64,000 nt of DNA from Paraphysomonas bandaiensis (taxonomy: Eukaryota; Protista; Chrysophyceae). The translations under genes were made by a program, and so were the position numbers. How positions within the stretch are numbered: the first letter of the stretch is position 1; each line of letters opens with the position of its first letter. The notes below the pieces were generated by a model. That model was not told the DNA's origin, did not search any database, and saw only the letters and a program-made list of their open reading frames with translations. The stretch is taken from NCBI GenBank assembly GCA_965644295.1, contig CBFFRP010000029.1:1958-65957 (forward strand), in the 5' to 3' direction. Shown piece after piece: positions 12,036 through 26,165 of this stretch.

Positions 12036-15000
12036 ATGTCGATGTCTCCAATCCCTCTCCTGCTACTGCTCTGTCATATGGCGGATGCTATCAGTCTGTT
12101 GCGGCTTAATCGTAACTTTGAGACAGAGTCGAGTAATATGGCTGATTATGATATCATATCATGCTCAGGTGAAGAAGATGAACGTGAATGTGATCCAAAC
12201 AGTGAGGGGTTTGCTGATTATGCTGAGGTATGTATGTTTTGGTTGCAGTAGCGTTACGTTGTAACTGTATTATGGTTATACAGGCAGCTGTGGGGTTATA
12301 TGTCGGTATTAATATCATTGGACTAGTGGCTGTCTTAATAGGAACTGTATGTTTCATATTGTATTTATTGGTACGATGCTGCATGACCTGCTGTGGGTGT
12401 CATAGTCAGAAAAAGGCAAGTGGGGAAACTGTGATTCCAAGTGATGAGGATGCCGCTGACAATGTGGAATATATTAGCACTCGTAAACCCATAGCCAACC
12501 CTATAAAATTAGTTTGTGGGTCTTTCGCTGTGCTGGGTATTGTAATTATGTGTATTGTGAGTAATACGCTTGGTAACAATGGCCTCACTGAGGAGAGTTC
12601 GGGAATAGTGAATGCACCAGCTGGGATTCAGCGAATATCCCAAGACTTTGAGCCGAAATTGACGCAATTGGTAATCTCTATTTCGAGTGGTGTTGTAGTC
12701 CCAACTATGTTGTCCTTGAATCGAACTATTAATGATGCAATTGATATTCCTCTTCTTACAGAAAACATGCTTATCATTAATGAAAGCATACCAGAATTAC
12801 CTGATGTTGGCGTTATGCTGGATGTACTGTACAACATCGATAACATTACAACTGGTAATATTACATCTGACCTTGTAAACGAGCTTGGGGACCTTTTAGA
12901 GGCTTTAGATGATTCTAGAGAACGTGCCGTTGAGCTGGTTGACCTTCTACAGGACGATGTAGATGCGATGGCGAGCGCAAACGAAGAGATGCTCGAGGCA
13001 ATTGACCAGGCAAACGAGACAGTCATTGCTGCTGATGACTTTTGTGGTGAACTCATCGGCACTGATGAGGAGACAGGGGTTGCTGCAGAGGTGCACAGTG
13101 ACTTGACAACCATTCAGCGCTCCCCTGCCGGTACCGTCCCCTCTGTCGGAGTGTTTGACGAGGCATCCAATGGTGAGTATGGCAGCACCAGTGAGTTACT
13201 TTCTGGTGACATGAACGGGAACTCATCTAACATTCAACTCATGAATGAGCGACTCACACTTATATACGCTAATATGTCTAGTCTTCCGAACTACTCTGTT
13301 ACTGCAATGAATATCGTGGCATTGAACGAGAGTATTAATGAAGCTCTCAGCAACTCTGGTATCTTAAGCAACCTTACTGATTCATTACTTGAACTTGAGT
13401 CTTCGACGGATAGCTATCCCGATCTAAGCGCCACAGCTAGTTACGTTAACGAGCTCTACAGTATCGTGCAATCTGTAGATGTAGACCTTGATACCGCACT
13501 GGACATTTTGGAGCAGCTAGATGATATGTTCAATACCATACCAAGTGACCTGGCTGTGTTGTACCAAGAGGTGGAGGCAGTGCGCGTTGTTAGCAAAATC
13601 CTCTCTGCATTTGAGGTCCTCACCGATCAGTTGCTTGGTGTCAATGAAACTCTTGTAAAATTACCATCGTCTCTCGACACATTGACTGATGTTTACAGTG
13701 ATATAAATGAGACCACTTCTGAATTACTGGATGACATAGACGATATACTGGATGACATAGTGGATGCAAACGAAACTGTTGTCGGGTATTTAGACGATGC
13801 TGAGAAATATTTGGAAGATATAAATGAGATGGACGATATTCTGAATACCTCTCTTAGTAAATATGATTTTAATGCCTTCAACGACACTATAAACGATGCC
13901 TCGGAACAACTTCAGGCTGTTAATTTTAGTAGCACTTTGAATGATGTGAACTCTTTGAGGGGTTCTCTGGAGGCACTTAGTCTTAGCAACGATCTCGTGG
14001 ATGCACTGAGAGCTTTTCAAATTGGTGTGGAGGGCATGGTCGGTCTACTTCGCCGCGCTGTGGACCCTATTAATGGGGGTCCTAGTGAGGACAAAGCAGG
14101 GGATTACCTCCAACTGGCAGGGGGCTACTGCTCTGATGACAGCACTGTGATATGTGATAATGATACTCCCTGCTTCGGGAGCTGTGTAGGCAAAGGTACT
14201 TATCGGTGTTCCAACGATGGCTCGACTCCATGTAGTAGTGATTCAAACTGTTCCGTTAGTGGTTCATACTGTCTCGTAGACTTTAGCAGGGCTGCTGATC
14301 TTCATGTTCGTCTTCGTTCTCTGTCCTCAACTGACAGTGATATCGATGTGTCTTCCGAGCTTGACAGTTTAGATGAAGTTCTAGAAACTGATGACGTGGA
14401 CTTCGATGCTGCGCATGATGCGATTACTTCTGCTGAAAACGCAGTTACCGCTGTTAACCTCACGGATGTCAACAGTATGCTATCTTATGTAGAAGACGGG
14501 CTAGATCAATTCAACATCACTGGAGCTGTTGGGGAACTAGACTACGACTTCACTGATCTTGGAATAACTGATATTATAGAGCAGCTTGAGCCGGTAGAAG
14601 ATGATGTTGCTGATTTATCTGATGAGTATCACCCCATAGTTCGCGACTACTCAACCACAATGATTGCATTTAGAGATTTTATGTTTACTGAGCTGCAGGG
14701 GTATATAAACAACCTATCCTCCAGTGCGTTAAATGCAGAGCTGAATTCTAGGGGCCCAAATGCAATGATCAAATTTATTGTGAGTCAATTTGACTCAATT
14801 ACGCACTATTTCGACGAGAATCAGGATGGAATAACTGTAAAGACAACTAGTTTTAGGGATGACGCCGGCAATTCATTCAAAGTGCTCGATAAGATGGGAG
14901 CATATGAGGTATCTGGGTATGGGGATATAGATAAGCATGGAGCTACGTACTATTTCCTCAGTTTATTGCGGAATAAGTCTATTGTCCAGTGGAATCACCC

Positions 15001-16288
15001 AATGCTCATGGGGGTGTTTGTGAACTCCGATTATGAAAAGTACGAGGATGGAGATGTCTGTGTGACAGAGAAGTGCGAGGATCACACGATGGAGGTTCTA
15101 AACTCTGCCCCTTTAAGCGACTGGGACGATGAGTTTCCTGATCTTGATCTGTCTCTATTTCAGACTGTAGACTACACGAGAGAAGAATTATTGATCTATC
15201 TGTGGTTAGCGCCATTGTGCATTGCATTTCTTGGTTTTTTGTCGTTGGTACTTCACGCTGTACAAAAATGCACAATGGCAGAAAAGATTACGAATGGCTG
15301 CTATTTGGGTTGCATTCTATGCCAACTTCCATTTCTTTTTCTTCTGACAGCTTTTTTCTTCGCATTAGCGATTGTGATATCGGATGGATGCAACTCTTGG
15401 TCAGCGATTGGTGAGTCGTACATCACATCTTACGGTGATCCTTTCTGTGAAAATAGTCTTAGTGGTGACGGCACGTTGAGAGAGTGTTCCTTTGATACAA
15501 ATATACCTGATTCAATGGGAGGAGGGAATATTACTGCTACGGTAGACATCATTTCGTGGTATCGTGGTATATTTGCCAATGATTGCTCTGGACGGCCAGA
15601 CCCTTTCGCTACGCTTCTCAGATCTCTGGCTGATCAAACGAGAGATATTCCTGCTGGTGCAGTTGATCACGTTATGGAAGATAATGAATTAAACCTTCGT
15701 GACGCGCTGCTTGATATTATGGACACTGCTGCCGCAGATACAGGCACGATGATGCATAACTTTTTTGACAGCCTTGCCGATGAGGTGCTGACATGCGAAA
15801 AGGTTGCGGGGGTGATTGCGTCCGTAGACAGAGAGACATGTGACTCGTTTGCTCCACCTATTTTCTGGATTATAGCTCCCTGGTATCTCTGTGCTTGGAT
15901 AATTTGTTGTCTGGGCATTCCCAGTGCGTGCATGCGGGCTAAAATGGAGTTGGAAAAAGTATCCCCAGAAGCTCACGTTCCGTTGCATGAAATGCCGGGT
16001 GGGGAGGAGGAAGAAATGAAGGCAGACAGTCCAGCATATCGCCCCTCGTCCACTAATAGCAATCAAATCACAAGATTTCAATCCGTCAGTAGAGATGACA
16101 GCTCCATTGGCGATGGGTTTGTGAATATTGCAACCGCTGCAGCACTGGAAGTCGAGGATGTTGATGATACGAGGCGTTCTTTCCAGAGAAGGGAAAATGA
16201 AAGATTGAGGAAGCAAATGGTTAAGGGAACCTTATATGATGATAAGGATGCTGTACAGATAAGGAGGGCAGGTGAAGAGGCTTTGTGA
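12036..16288 (+). CDS. Prominin/Tweety-like 5-TM glycoprotein (~1398 aa) with a very large first extracellular loop
   Basis: Exon 1 (12036-12227, signal peptide), intron 12228-12283, in-frame exon 2. TM1 is followed by RCCMTCCGC, then TM2, an ~870-aa acidic loop with many NxS/T sites, TM3, TM4 ending SDGC, a Cys-containing loop and TM5. Confidence 0.7.
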
Positions 16289-16561
16289 TACGAATAGTAG
16301 TAAACATGAGCATAGTTCGGGAGGTAGTGACATAGTATTTATATGGTATCTCATTTGTGCTCCTGGAAGGAGTGTTGGTTCAGTTTTCTTAGATCAAATA
16401 TTATTCAATGGTATAGAGATATTTTATAATAATTATTTCAGTTGTGTGATACTAGGATACTAGGGTGCTTGTCCTACCTCATCTAGCACATTGACGTTGT
16501 CCGCGACGGGGCCTGGCAATCATAAACGATAATGCCGTAATAATTGCGGAGACATATTTTC

Positions 16562-16905
16562 TTATCCCCGTTTCGTCTCAAAAAAAGCTTTTTTGACCTG
16601 AATTGGGCTCAACAGAGCGCTCATATTAGCCCAGGCAAATACAGACCTTCAACTTCAATATTCAGTTCAACAGAAACTCACTTCTATCTCAATTATGATA
16701 TTGACAGTGAATTCATTATAGCACACCATAATAGAGAAACGACAGTGATGATCCAACTTTTGAAAGCAGATCATCAAACAGTCTAAGTCTTCTTCCATTC
16801 TTAGTCGGATGCAGAAGATCATAATGATGTCACTGCAAGCGACCTATCGTCATAACCTGAACTTCGAAACAACTTCAAGAATATTACAGAAGCGTTTAAG
16901 TGCCA
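16562..16905 (-). repeat. Diverged inverted copy of 27300-27623 (probable DNA-transposon end)
   Basis: The blocks TTTTTGACCTGAATTGGG[C/A]TCAACAGA and AGATCATAATGATGTCA[C/G]TGCAAGCGA match the reverse complement of the 27.3-27.6 kb segment. Confidence 0.6.
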
Positions 16906-17354
16906 TATATGATGCTGTATAGGTGGTTAAGGGCAGCAGCATTCAGTACTCTCAGGATTTGGGTCACATGGTCACATCGTACTTATATCAGGATATTGTG
17001 TGCCACTCATATCATACACACTTCATTCAATCAGTTGCACTAGCAGAGGTTAAGCGTGTTGGAATGCATATGGTTCTCTACGAGAGTACTGTAGAATACG
17101 TTAAATACAATCTGAAAAAGAGTAATACGTAGTCAATGATATTATATAGCTAAAACTGTGAAACTGAAGTATTGTAACATGACGATTCAAGATAAAATAT
17201 AATGAAGTTGAACTGTGGTTGGTATGAACGAAATAAATTATCATGTCGTTGACATATTTTACATGACAACATACACATTTGTGTATGCAATTATAATAAA
17301 GAGTTTATCTAGTTTGATTACAATAAGCTTCTCTTGACGATCCTAATTTTGAAA

Positions 17355-18150
17355 ATGACCAACAGTCAATATGGTAGCGGATGCGGAGGAGAGGAGGATA
17401 GCGTCGATATACCATGATGGTTCGACGAGAACAATGTTGATCAATGGATTGAAGACTTTAAGACATTTCTGATGCATAAAGAGAGCAGAGTGAGGTCGTC
17501 ACGAATGGCCACCAAGAGAGGAGGACTTCGGACTTCCACCGCTGAATAAGCTCGAGGCGAAGAAGTCATACAAGCAAGCGATAAAGATTACTGGAAGGCC
17601 AATGCCATCGCGTATTCGTACTGCAGGGAGGCGGTGAAGTGTTCCCTAAAAGACACTCCAGAAGTTTTATCTGAAGCGTGGGAAAACAAGTTCAGTGTGA
17701 AATCTTGTTTCGAAGGTGGGAAGCAGTACAAGATTGGAGACCTTCTTATACTCAGTATATGGATATATTGAGATGAAGCCGGAGGAGACGCCAAGGATTA
17801 TGTACTGCGGTTTGAACTGCTTCTCCGAGAACTTCAGGCACTGAATCAAACGGCAACAGAGAGTTCGAAAATAAGTCGCCTAAGGGAAGGTCTTGTTAAT
17901 GATGAATATGATGCATTGAATTGTGCTCTGTATTTGTTACCTGATGATGTCTCATAAGAAATTCTATCTAAAAGATTGAGAAATTTGACGATACGAAGGC
18001 GGGGAGACGAATCCTCGACAAGAAGCGAAGGATTACGGAGGAGGAGGTATATTACACTGACAAGCCTCGCAAGAAGGAGTGAGTATCTACTTTATCGAAG
18101 AAGTGTCGTCACTGTTCAAGAAGAAGAGGTATTGTTCGTAATCACACTAC
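17355..18150 (+). pseudogene. Degenerate Copia gag (UBN2-type) relic
   Basis: Broken frames give DQWIEDFKTFL, WKANAIAYSY and KDYVLRFELLLRELQALNQTATESSKISRLREGL, then a CRHC knuckle remnant; stops and frameshifts throughout. Confidence 0.65.
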
Positions 18151-19344
18151 TGAACAATGCAGATCGAAGCAGCAGGAGACTTGGCAGCAAGGAGCACTCT
18201 TTCTTTTTTATACATTTTTGTTTTATTAGATCGTCTTATTAATATATATCTCTCAGTGTGGTATATACCACCACAACAGGTTTCCATTTTAACAGAAGTA
18301 CAGGTTATTACAATTCTTCCTTCGTCAATTCTAATATAGAGTTCTGATGCTTTATTTATGAAAACCACACATACATATACGCTGAGAACAAATTGTATAT
18401 ATTACACAAAGTATCATTCCTCCAAAACTGGAGTATAATAATAGTTTGTTATTTCTTCAGCGCATTTACGAAGTTGTAGGTATACTACTCTTCTGCTAAT
18501 AACTCAGTAGTATTACATTAGTACAATGAGGGGCACCCGCTTACTGGTACAGCACTACGTAAACCGGTACAACTTAAATTGTAGTACTATTATCTTAACG
18601 GCGGATTAATGACTGACAAAGCCATACTGCCATACAATGCCATAAATAATGATCTTCAGCATAATATATGCTGCTTCTATCCTTAAATGGTGATAGCTCA
18701 GTACAGCGGACAGCTTACCTTCATATATATCATGGGTGGCATGGCATACATGTAAATGACATACACTATTTTTCTCAGAGCTCAGCGTTAAAAGTGATTA
18801 CTCTGGAGACAAAAAAATTGAGTGGGGAATTGCAATTTTCATTGACGCATTTCATTGTGATTTAATGATATGGTACATTGATTTGGTGTCAATAGAAGCC
18901 ATTGTATTTTGTGGCTGGAGACATGCTGATTTTATTAAAAGCACGTGTTTGAAAGGAATGGTTTCACTTCCAATCCTTTTAGTATCAGCTAATAGGCGTA
19001 TACATGTATCTATATTCTATATATGTTGTTATTTTATTATCATTGTTTTCAGTGCATTTAGGGCTGCTAACTACTGGTTTAATAATCAGAAAAGTTTATT
19101 TGAGAAAAAATTACTTAGAAATGTAATATTCATTAACCTGAGTTCAAATGGGGATTGACATCGCTAAGTTTAATACCCATTGGATGCTTCCGAAATGGAT
19201 TTGTGCTATTGGGCTGGGAACCCAATTGTTATGAATCTTCAGAAGAATTTTCAAGTAATGCACACTAGACCCCCTGTAGCAGTGTAGTATCTTAATTAAA
19301 ACTGACGTTTTGCAGTATATTACGCATCTTCTCCGAGTATTTAT

Positions 19345-20900
19345 TCATTTTCCCAACCCATTTCTCAACTGTTGAGCAGCTGATCTTAGTGGTACGTTCT
19401 TCAGACGACATTTTAACTTGTGTCCGCAACAAAACATGATATTCAGACCACACTCATCGGGGAACTCCTTGTAAAAAGTTTGTTTAGCGCTCCCAATCAA
19501 ATCCGTGAGCACCAAATTATTATAAGCATCCTCACAAAGACAAACGTTTTTTCTTTGTTTAGCACCAAGTCGCGCAAGACAATGCCACCGTTCAGGACTA
19601 ATCCATCTATTGTTTGGAATTTCCACGCCAGAGATTCAAAAACGAGCCACTCATTCACCTCATCAGCTGATGCATACACTGGACGTAGCAAAGATTTTCT
19701 GCGTTTGATAAATTGCTGTTCCCACAGCCGTTGCAAATTGCAAAACATATGCACCAATATCACTTGGATGGAGAAATCCCACTTTACGTGGGATTACTGT
19801 GTCCTCAAAATATATCACACCCTGGTCCAGCTCATAGCTTTGTGCAATATCGCTGGGAACAGTTCTGAAATTCGACAGAGAGGCCAAATTAAAGTCACTG
19901 GCGGCAAAAGCAAAGCCTGTCCCTGCGTCTTGCTTGGTTTGCATCCACGCGTCAAACATATATTCCATGTAGTCGATGTGCGTTTGATCACCAAATATTC
20001 GATTGAAGTGATGTGTCCTTTCAAGCCGATCGATTGAAGTGATAAAAGTTATCGATCCAGCTCGCCAGTCCCCGAGACTTCACAAACATTTCCTCAATGC
20101 TGCTCACGGAAGAAGGAAGAAGAAAAGCCTCCGAACCAATTGCTTCTGTCGTCGCTCGAATGTATCGCTTGGCAATGCAGTTCACCCATTTCGCGGAGAG
20201 TCCTAATCGGCTTTAAGTGTAGATCCTTGTATTTCCTGTCGTTCAAACTGTGAAATCTCAGATAAGATGGGTATTTGTCTCCGATATGTGGGGCACCAGG
20301 AATACAGGAAATGAGAGATCGAAGCACTGCTGCGCTTCCGCTCAAAATTACTAACACAGGTCGAGGACCAACTAATTCACCAAGGAAGTGCAGTTCACCT
20401 AATATTTGTATGGCCAACTCATCGTCTGGGGATTTGCTATACAAGCACTCCACTTCGTCAACAACAAGAAGCACGTTGATTTTATGATCAAGCAAGAAAT
20501 CCACTAAATCATCACCTCCAATATCACTTACATCTTCATAATCATATTTTTCGGCAGCCGTGCTGTAAATCAAGGTGAAGATACTTTTCATCGACTTGTC
20601 GTCTTTCATATTCCAATAAATTGTTAGCGAACTAGAGGAAGAGTTTAAAACAAATGCACACATAACCGATTTGATAACGAAGGAACCAACTCCACCGGGA
20701 CCCAAAAATTATAAAACAATTTTTCTGACCTCGTAAGCACGATGGATCGAGCTGAGTGAGTCTTGGAGCCAATTCTGACATTATTTCGCGACGGGATGTA
20801 TCAAAAACTGTTCGCTCATGACGAACAGTTTCGACTCAAGTCAAGCGACTGTCGTCGGGATGAAACTCTCGGAAATAACGGAGCCAATGCTTGACTGAGA
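19345..20900 (-). pseudogene. Crinkler-like P-loop NTPase plus putative restriction-endonuclease-fold domain, frameshifted
   Basis: Walker A remnant LGPGGVG-S, Walker B VLLVVDE, ILSGS, YPSY..SLNDRKY; downstream KEFPDECG; split over at least four ORFs in different frames. Confidence 0.55.
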
Positions 20901-21406
20901 CTAGCACAATCTCTCCGTGTTTCCAATCTACTTAATGGAAGAATCAGAAGCTGCCGTGCTGAGTTCGCTCGTACCTCGTACCTAGTACATCATGAGTTGA
21001 GTGTGCAGGTACGATAGGTAGGTACTGCTATAGGTAGGTACGTCAGACACAGGTGGACGAATATGGGCAGGAGGGTAGGGGAAGAGTTCTGCCCCTATCT
21101 CATTGGTATACAGTGTATTCAGCAGAGTATTTTATGGTATTACGCAACCACAATATGCTACAACAGTCATCAGAACTGACATGTGCTCTATAACTGTACA
21201 GAGAACTAGCTGTACGCATACTCTGTATATGTATGTATGTGCATATATATGCAGCAGTGTGTAGGAGGTAGTTGTATAGTAGCACACTATGGTGATATAG
21301 AGAGAAAGCACGCCACTATCAACACATACATTACTGTACTCGTAAGACCGTTGCTACTATCAGGTTACAGTATATTCCTTTCCATTACACCACTACAGCT
21401 CATCTG

Positions 21407-24179
21407 ATGTCTCTCCAGAACGTTTATCTCATTCGTTGATCGTGTTATGTGAACGGACTGGTCATACATATATAGATAGATATACATGCAGCAACAGGCG
21501 AGATCAGCCGTTATATATAGTATCCGTTTCGTGATTAACTGGATATCTTATCAGGGTAACTCATCGCGTGGACACAGACGGTTTCAGTCCGAGCCGCTCT
21601 ATTCGTCCGAGTTTATGCAAGGTCACAACACACAATACACCTCATACTATATGATACACCTCATACTATATGATACACCTCATACTATATGATACACCTC
21701 ATACTATATGATACACCTCATACTATATGATACACCTCATACTATATGATACATGTGATTATATAGTGAGATTCATGTCGTGCCTTCTGAGCCGCTATTT
21801 TCTTATATATAGGAACTTTTGATGATCTTGATTTGGATGTCATTGGAGAGCATCACATGTTAAACGGTATGTATTCTATTGCTAGTGTGTACAGCGCTGA
21901 GATGATAGCAGTGGATGATTCTCTGGATATGTCTCTGGGATCTGGTTTGGATTTATCTCACACAGCTATTCTGGAAAATATGAAAGTAAGAGCTCTGCAT
22001 ATTTTACTGTAGCATGTAATATAACTTCTATGTAGTCCGATAGCACACATGAGGAAGAGGAAGGGAACTTAACTGGCCTCAAACACAACCGGAGTGTTGA
22101 TCAGGAAGAACAGTATGGTCATTCGTATATGCGAAAGGTTGATGTACATGTTACCAATAGGCTAATATAAAAGCATATGCATGTACGTAGGATTCTAATA
22201 GTCAAAAGATCAACTTTCCTCCTGCCAAGGCTCCGTCCACGGCCAAGCATCGGCGCGCACGATCTATGCCTGAAGTTGATATGAATATAATGGACCTTTT
22301 CCAGCCCGCCCCGCAAGCACACCCTCATCCTCCACTAAACCACTCCTCTTCGGCCACTAGTAATGCGAGCTTCGACGCCATGCTACCGGCGTTAGGAAGG
22401 TAATTTTCTTTTCGGCTGCGATTCAATGGAAAGTCATTCAGTTTGCCGTATTTTCATAGCATGTCGATGGATAATGTCGACGTTTTTAAAGTTACATCAG
22501 AAGACTGGACAGAAGCGTGGAACCAGGTCGAGTTCGTTACATATGTATCACCTGTGTGAATACAGTATGCAACTGCTCCTGTGAATTCACACGATAGGAC
22601 TTTTTTCTTTCGTGTTTCATGTATGTTATGCATGTTTAGATTAAAGATGACGGAGTGACAGCCCCGAAATCTACAGGGAAGAATGGAAATTCATTTCCTG
22701 GGTTTTCGTCCTCTTCTTCTTCAGGGGAGTTCATGTCAACGGCTAACAATACTGTCATTCGACGCCTTCATGGAGACGGTATGACAACGGTACGTTGATG
22801 TCAGACCAGCAAGTATTGTCCGTATGTTATTTTAATAGATCGAACAGGGCACCACGTCACCTGGCAGCCATGTCCACGAGCAGTCGCATTATGAGAAGAC
22901 AGTGGCCACTGTGAGTACCCCTACGACTGATGTAGTTTTGTGTGATAGATGTGAGTAGGGCCCCCTTACATCCTGTATCCCGAATACGAAGGTGTCAAGT
23001 GACCCATTCATGAGCTTCCAGAATCCTGTTGCGGTGAGTTTCCGACTCTTGTCCTTCAACAATGGCCTATTGTATGATTATATTGTTCAGAATTTCTGTG
23101 CGTATACATTGCGTATATACTACCTGTATAGTTGTTTCATTGTGGAGATTTTCAAAAACGTAATGCTTATTGTTTAGACCACTTCGAGGAACCAGTCTGA
23201 CCAAACACCATTCGACATTGCTTCAGCTGTCTACCACCCTGGGAAGCCGGCCAGTGATAGCAACTCCTCGGTGAGGTGCATCTTGTGATATATATCTGAG
23301 ATAAGTGTGTATGTAGCTGTCTATTCCGAAGCATCGTCGTAGCAAAACAACTGGAACGGTAAGCTTATAATCGGATGCTGTTTCATTACGGTTTACAATT
23401 ATAAACCCTGTCTTGCTACAGATATATAGTGATTTTCTTAATCAAGATACTCTTGACGGATCTCGTAATATTAAGGGTAGTGTCTCTCACGTGACTGGAA
23501 TTTCAGATATGGGTATGTATGTGTGGTATTGTATACGCTATGAACATCGAATTGTTATGTACACGTTTGCAGAATACCACCCCACCAAAGTACAGAGGTC
23601 TTTCGACACGACAAGCGATGATGTAAGTAGTCATGCGATATGCTAGTGTTTGCGCCGTGCTTAATAATAAACTGCTTGATATATAGGGTTTGGATCGCAA
23701 GGGTAACGCCCGTGGTCGTTACAGATGTGGTCGATGTGGTCAGCCAAAGGTATTACACCCCAGTCCGATTGTATGTGCATTTTTACATTCCCTACTTGTC
23801 TTTCAGGTCAATCATGAGTGCCCATATGTGGCAGAGACATCCATGCGTTCTATAGCTACCCAGGCGGAAACTCAAATATACACATCAAAATCGCATCCGT
23901 TCAATACTGGTGTGAACTTATATGCATATGATTTAACGCGTTTGAAATTAATGTATAGAGCGAACGATTACTGTTGGAGGGCGCAAGGCACAGAAGGAAC
24001 ATGCGGATGCAAGAGTCGTGCCTCCTCAGCCATCTCGTGCTGCAACTTCTTCAAATGCGTCCAGTAAGGGAAGCAACGTAAAAGGATCGTCAAACGTACT
24101 AGAGATGGACAGATTCAAGGGAATTCGTATCTTACATCCATCTATGATGCCGGGAGCTTCGAATAACTCCAGCGTATAG
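21407..24179 (+). CDS. Hypothetical many-exon Ser/Pro-rich protein with a C-terminal zinc finger
   Basis: Spliced RGRYRCGRCGQPK|VNHECPY; last exon ends NNSSV-stop at 24179; many short GT-AG introns. Start position is uncertain. Confidence 0.6.
21635..21753. repeat. Intronic minisatellite, 19-bp unit ATACACCTCATACTATATG x6.3
   Basis: Six perfect units plus 5 bp, counted directly. Confidence 0.95.
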
Positions 24180-24742
24180 AATGATGCAATATTAGTTGTT
24201 GTGTATTGAATGCTATACGCATTTTGATATCCATACTGCGTGTGTACGATATTAGTGATATTGGGTATGAAACTATTATTGCTTTGAAGCTTTGGTACTC
24301 ATCTGTTTTGGGGTTACATTGATGACTTAAAATGAGAGTGTTGTTTTACTAGTAGTTATCTGAATAGTAATACAGTGTTCTGTCGCTGTTCAAGATTTTT
24401 TTTACTGTCTATGTTCTTTTGAGTACTTTTCTGGCTATAGTTTTTCGCCAGCTATGATTCCGCAAGATTTGATTTCTGTTTATATGAGACTTTAACTGCC
24501 GTAGGAGATGTACAAAGGGTGTCAACATATGCTCCTCAGTCTTATCAATGGACTCACTTCAAGCTCGCCAAAATATGCATTTACTTTGTATTAAAGCTTA
24601 CTCTGTCACTCAAAAGACATAGAAGCTGTAGTTTTTCCACTGACAATACGCACAACACATTTTTTAATAGCTACAGCATCGTCACATAAATTTTTTATCA
24701 TAATGGTAAGAATGATGCGTTGCATCAAGTTCTCGCAGTAAA

Positions 24743-26165
24743 TTACTCAACAAATAGCTTCTTATCCAATCGAACATGCTGGTCGGTTTTGGGATTGCTC
24801 ATGTACAAAGTGAGGGAAGATTTCTCCGAATATTTTTCATTTTCAAATACAATCGAAAACAACGCAGTAGTCAATGTGTATCCTGAATCACTTTCTTCTT
24901 CCGAGGTAGCTGTACGATATATTGGCCACTCCTCGTCCTTTGTATCCCCAAGTACAGTTAAAATGTCCTGCACACATTGAGGCGGGGGAAGTTCCGCTGC
25001 CCTCGCTATCCGGTGAGCAGATGAATCTGATGGGTCTTGCTCCACATCAAGGAAGAGATAGGAGTTCGCATGAAACAGTGATGTTGCAGTCTCCACGTCG
25101 AGTGATTGCTCAATACGAGTCACAACATAGAGACTTGCCTTGTCTTTTTCATGCACACCAGGGGCAACTTCGACATTCACCAGGCGTTGTTCATGCTTAG
25201 ACGCAAAGTTAAAAGAATGTCCAGTAGCTTGGTTAGGAATAGTGACACGAGAAATAGCATCATCGATATCAACAGCTCCAACCAAATGCCGGGAGATAAA
25301 GTTTCTACCGAGGCCCCCGTAGAGACATTCCACTGGATAGAGGCCATTCATTGTTCCCACGACCCCATGTTCGTTCCAAAAAAATGCGTCAGTGGGAAGC
25401 TCTCCTGCATATACGAAAGAGGTATAACGAATATTTTCACGGACACCTTCTCCCTCCATATGTGCTGTTATTAACCACGACTCATCACGACTTTCCCAAC
25501 CTCCATCCTCATTATGACCAATCACAATCTCATTCACACCATCTGCGGTAGACCCACTCAGAGCGTTCATTAAGTAGTCCGAGCAGTGTTCAACTTCAGG
25601 TTTTTCCTTGATGGTATCTCCTCGAAGGTGCTGAGAAGCTTTCTTGAAAGTTTTGAGCTCATTGCGAACATTCAATACGAAGAGAGTTTCAAAGTTGACG
25701 CCAGACCCATACGCCATACCTTCAAGTTCCGATACATACTCAGGAAACGTATTGTTGGCTGTAGTTAGCATCGCATCGTATGCGGCCTGTCCTTCCGGTG
25801 TGGAGGAGACCCACTGCACCAGCTGCATCACAGATTCAGAGCGCCTCAGACGATAGAGGATTGAGCTCCGTGTCGTGTATCCAATTTGCTGTCCCACCTA
25901 CACACACCTTCACACACATCCATATATAGAGACATACATATACACATATATAGAGACATATGGACATATACGGACCATATAGAGCGATATACATATGACC
26001 CATAGGGGGGTGTAGGGGGGTATGTGTGTGTGTATGTGTAGAGGGTCTCACCGAGAAGTGGTCTCCGTGCACGAAGAGAGAGGGAAGAATACCAGTAGAC
26101 AGAGGAGGGGACACCTGCCCGCTCACTGATGCTATGAGACACACGTATGCGAGACTAATCAACAT
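24743..26165 (-). CDS. Secreted peptidase C45-family Ntn-hydrolase (acyl-CoA:6-APA acyltransferase / tan-like)
   Basis: Signal peptide MLISLAYVCLIASVSG; one intron; FPEYVSELEGMAYG; EH-CSD nucleophile Cys; GHNEDG; HANSY; SSAHRIAR. Confidence 0.88.

Noticed and set aside
21635-21753. CRISPR-like array
   Set aside because: Contiguous identical units without spacers; an intronic minisatellite in a eukaryote.
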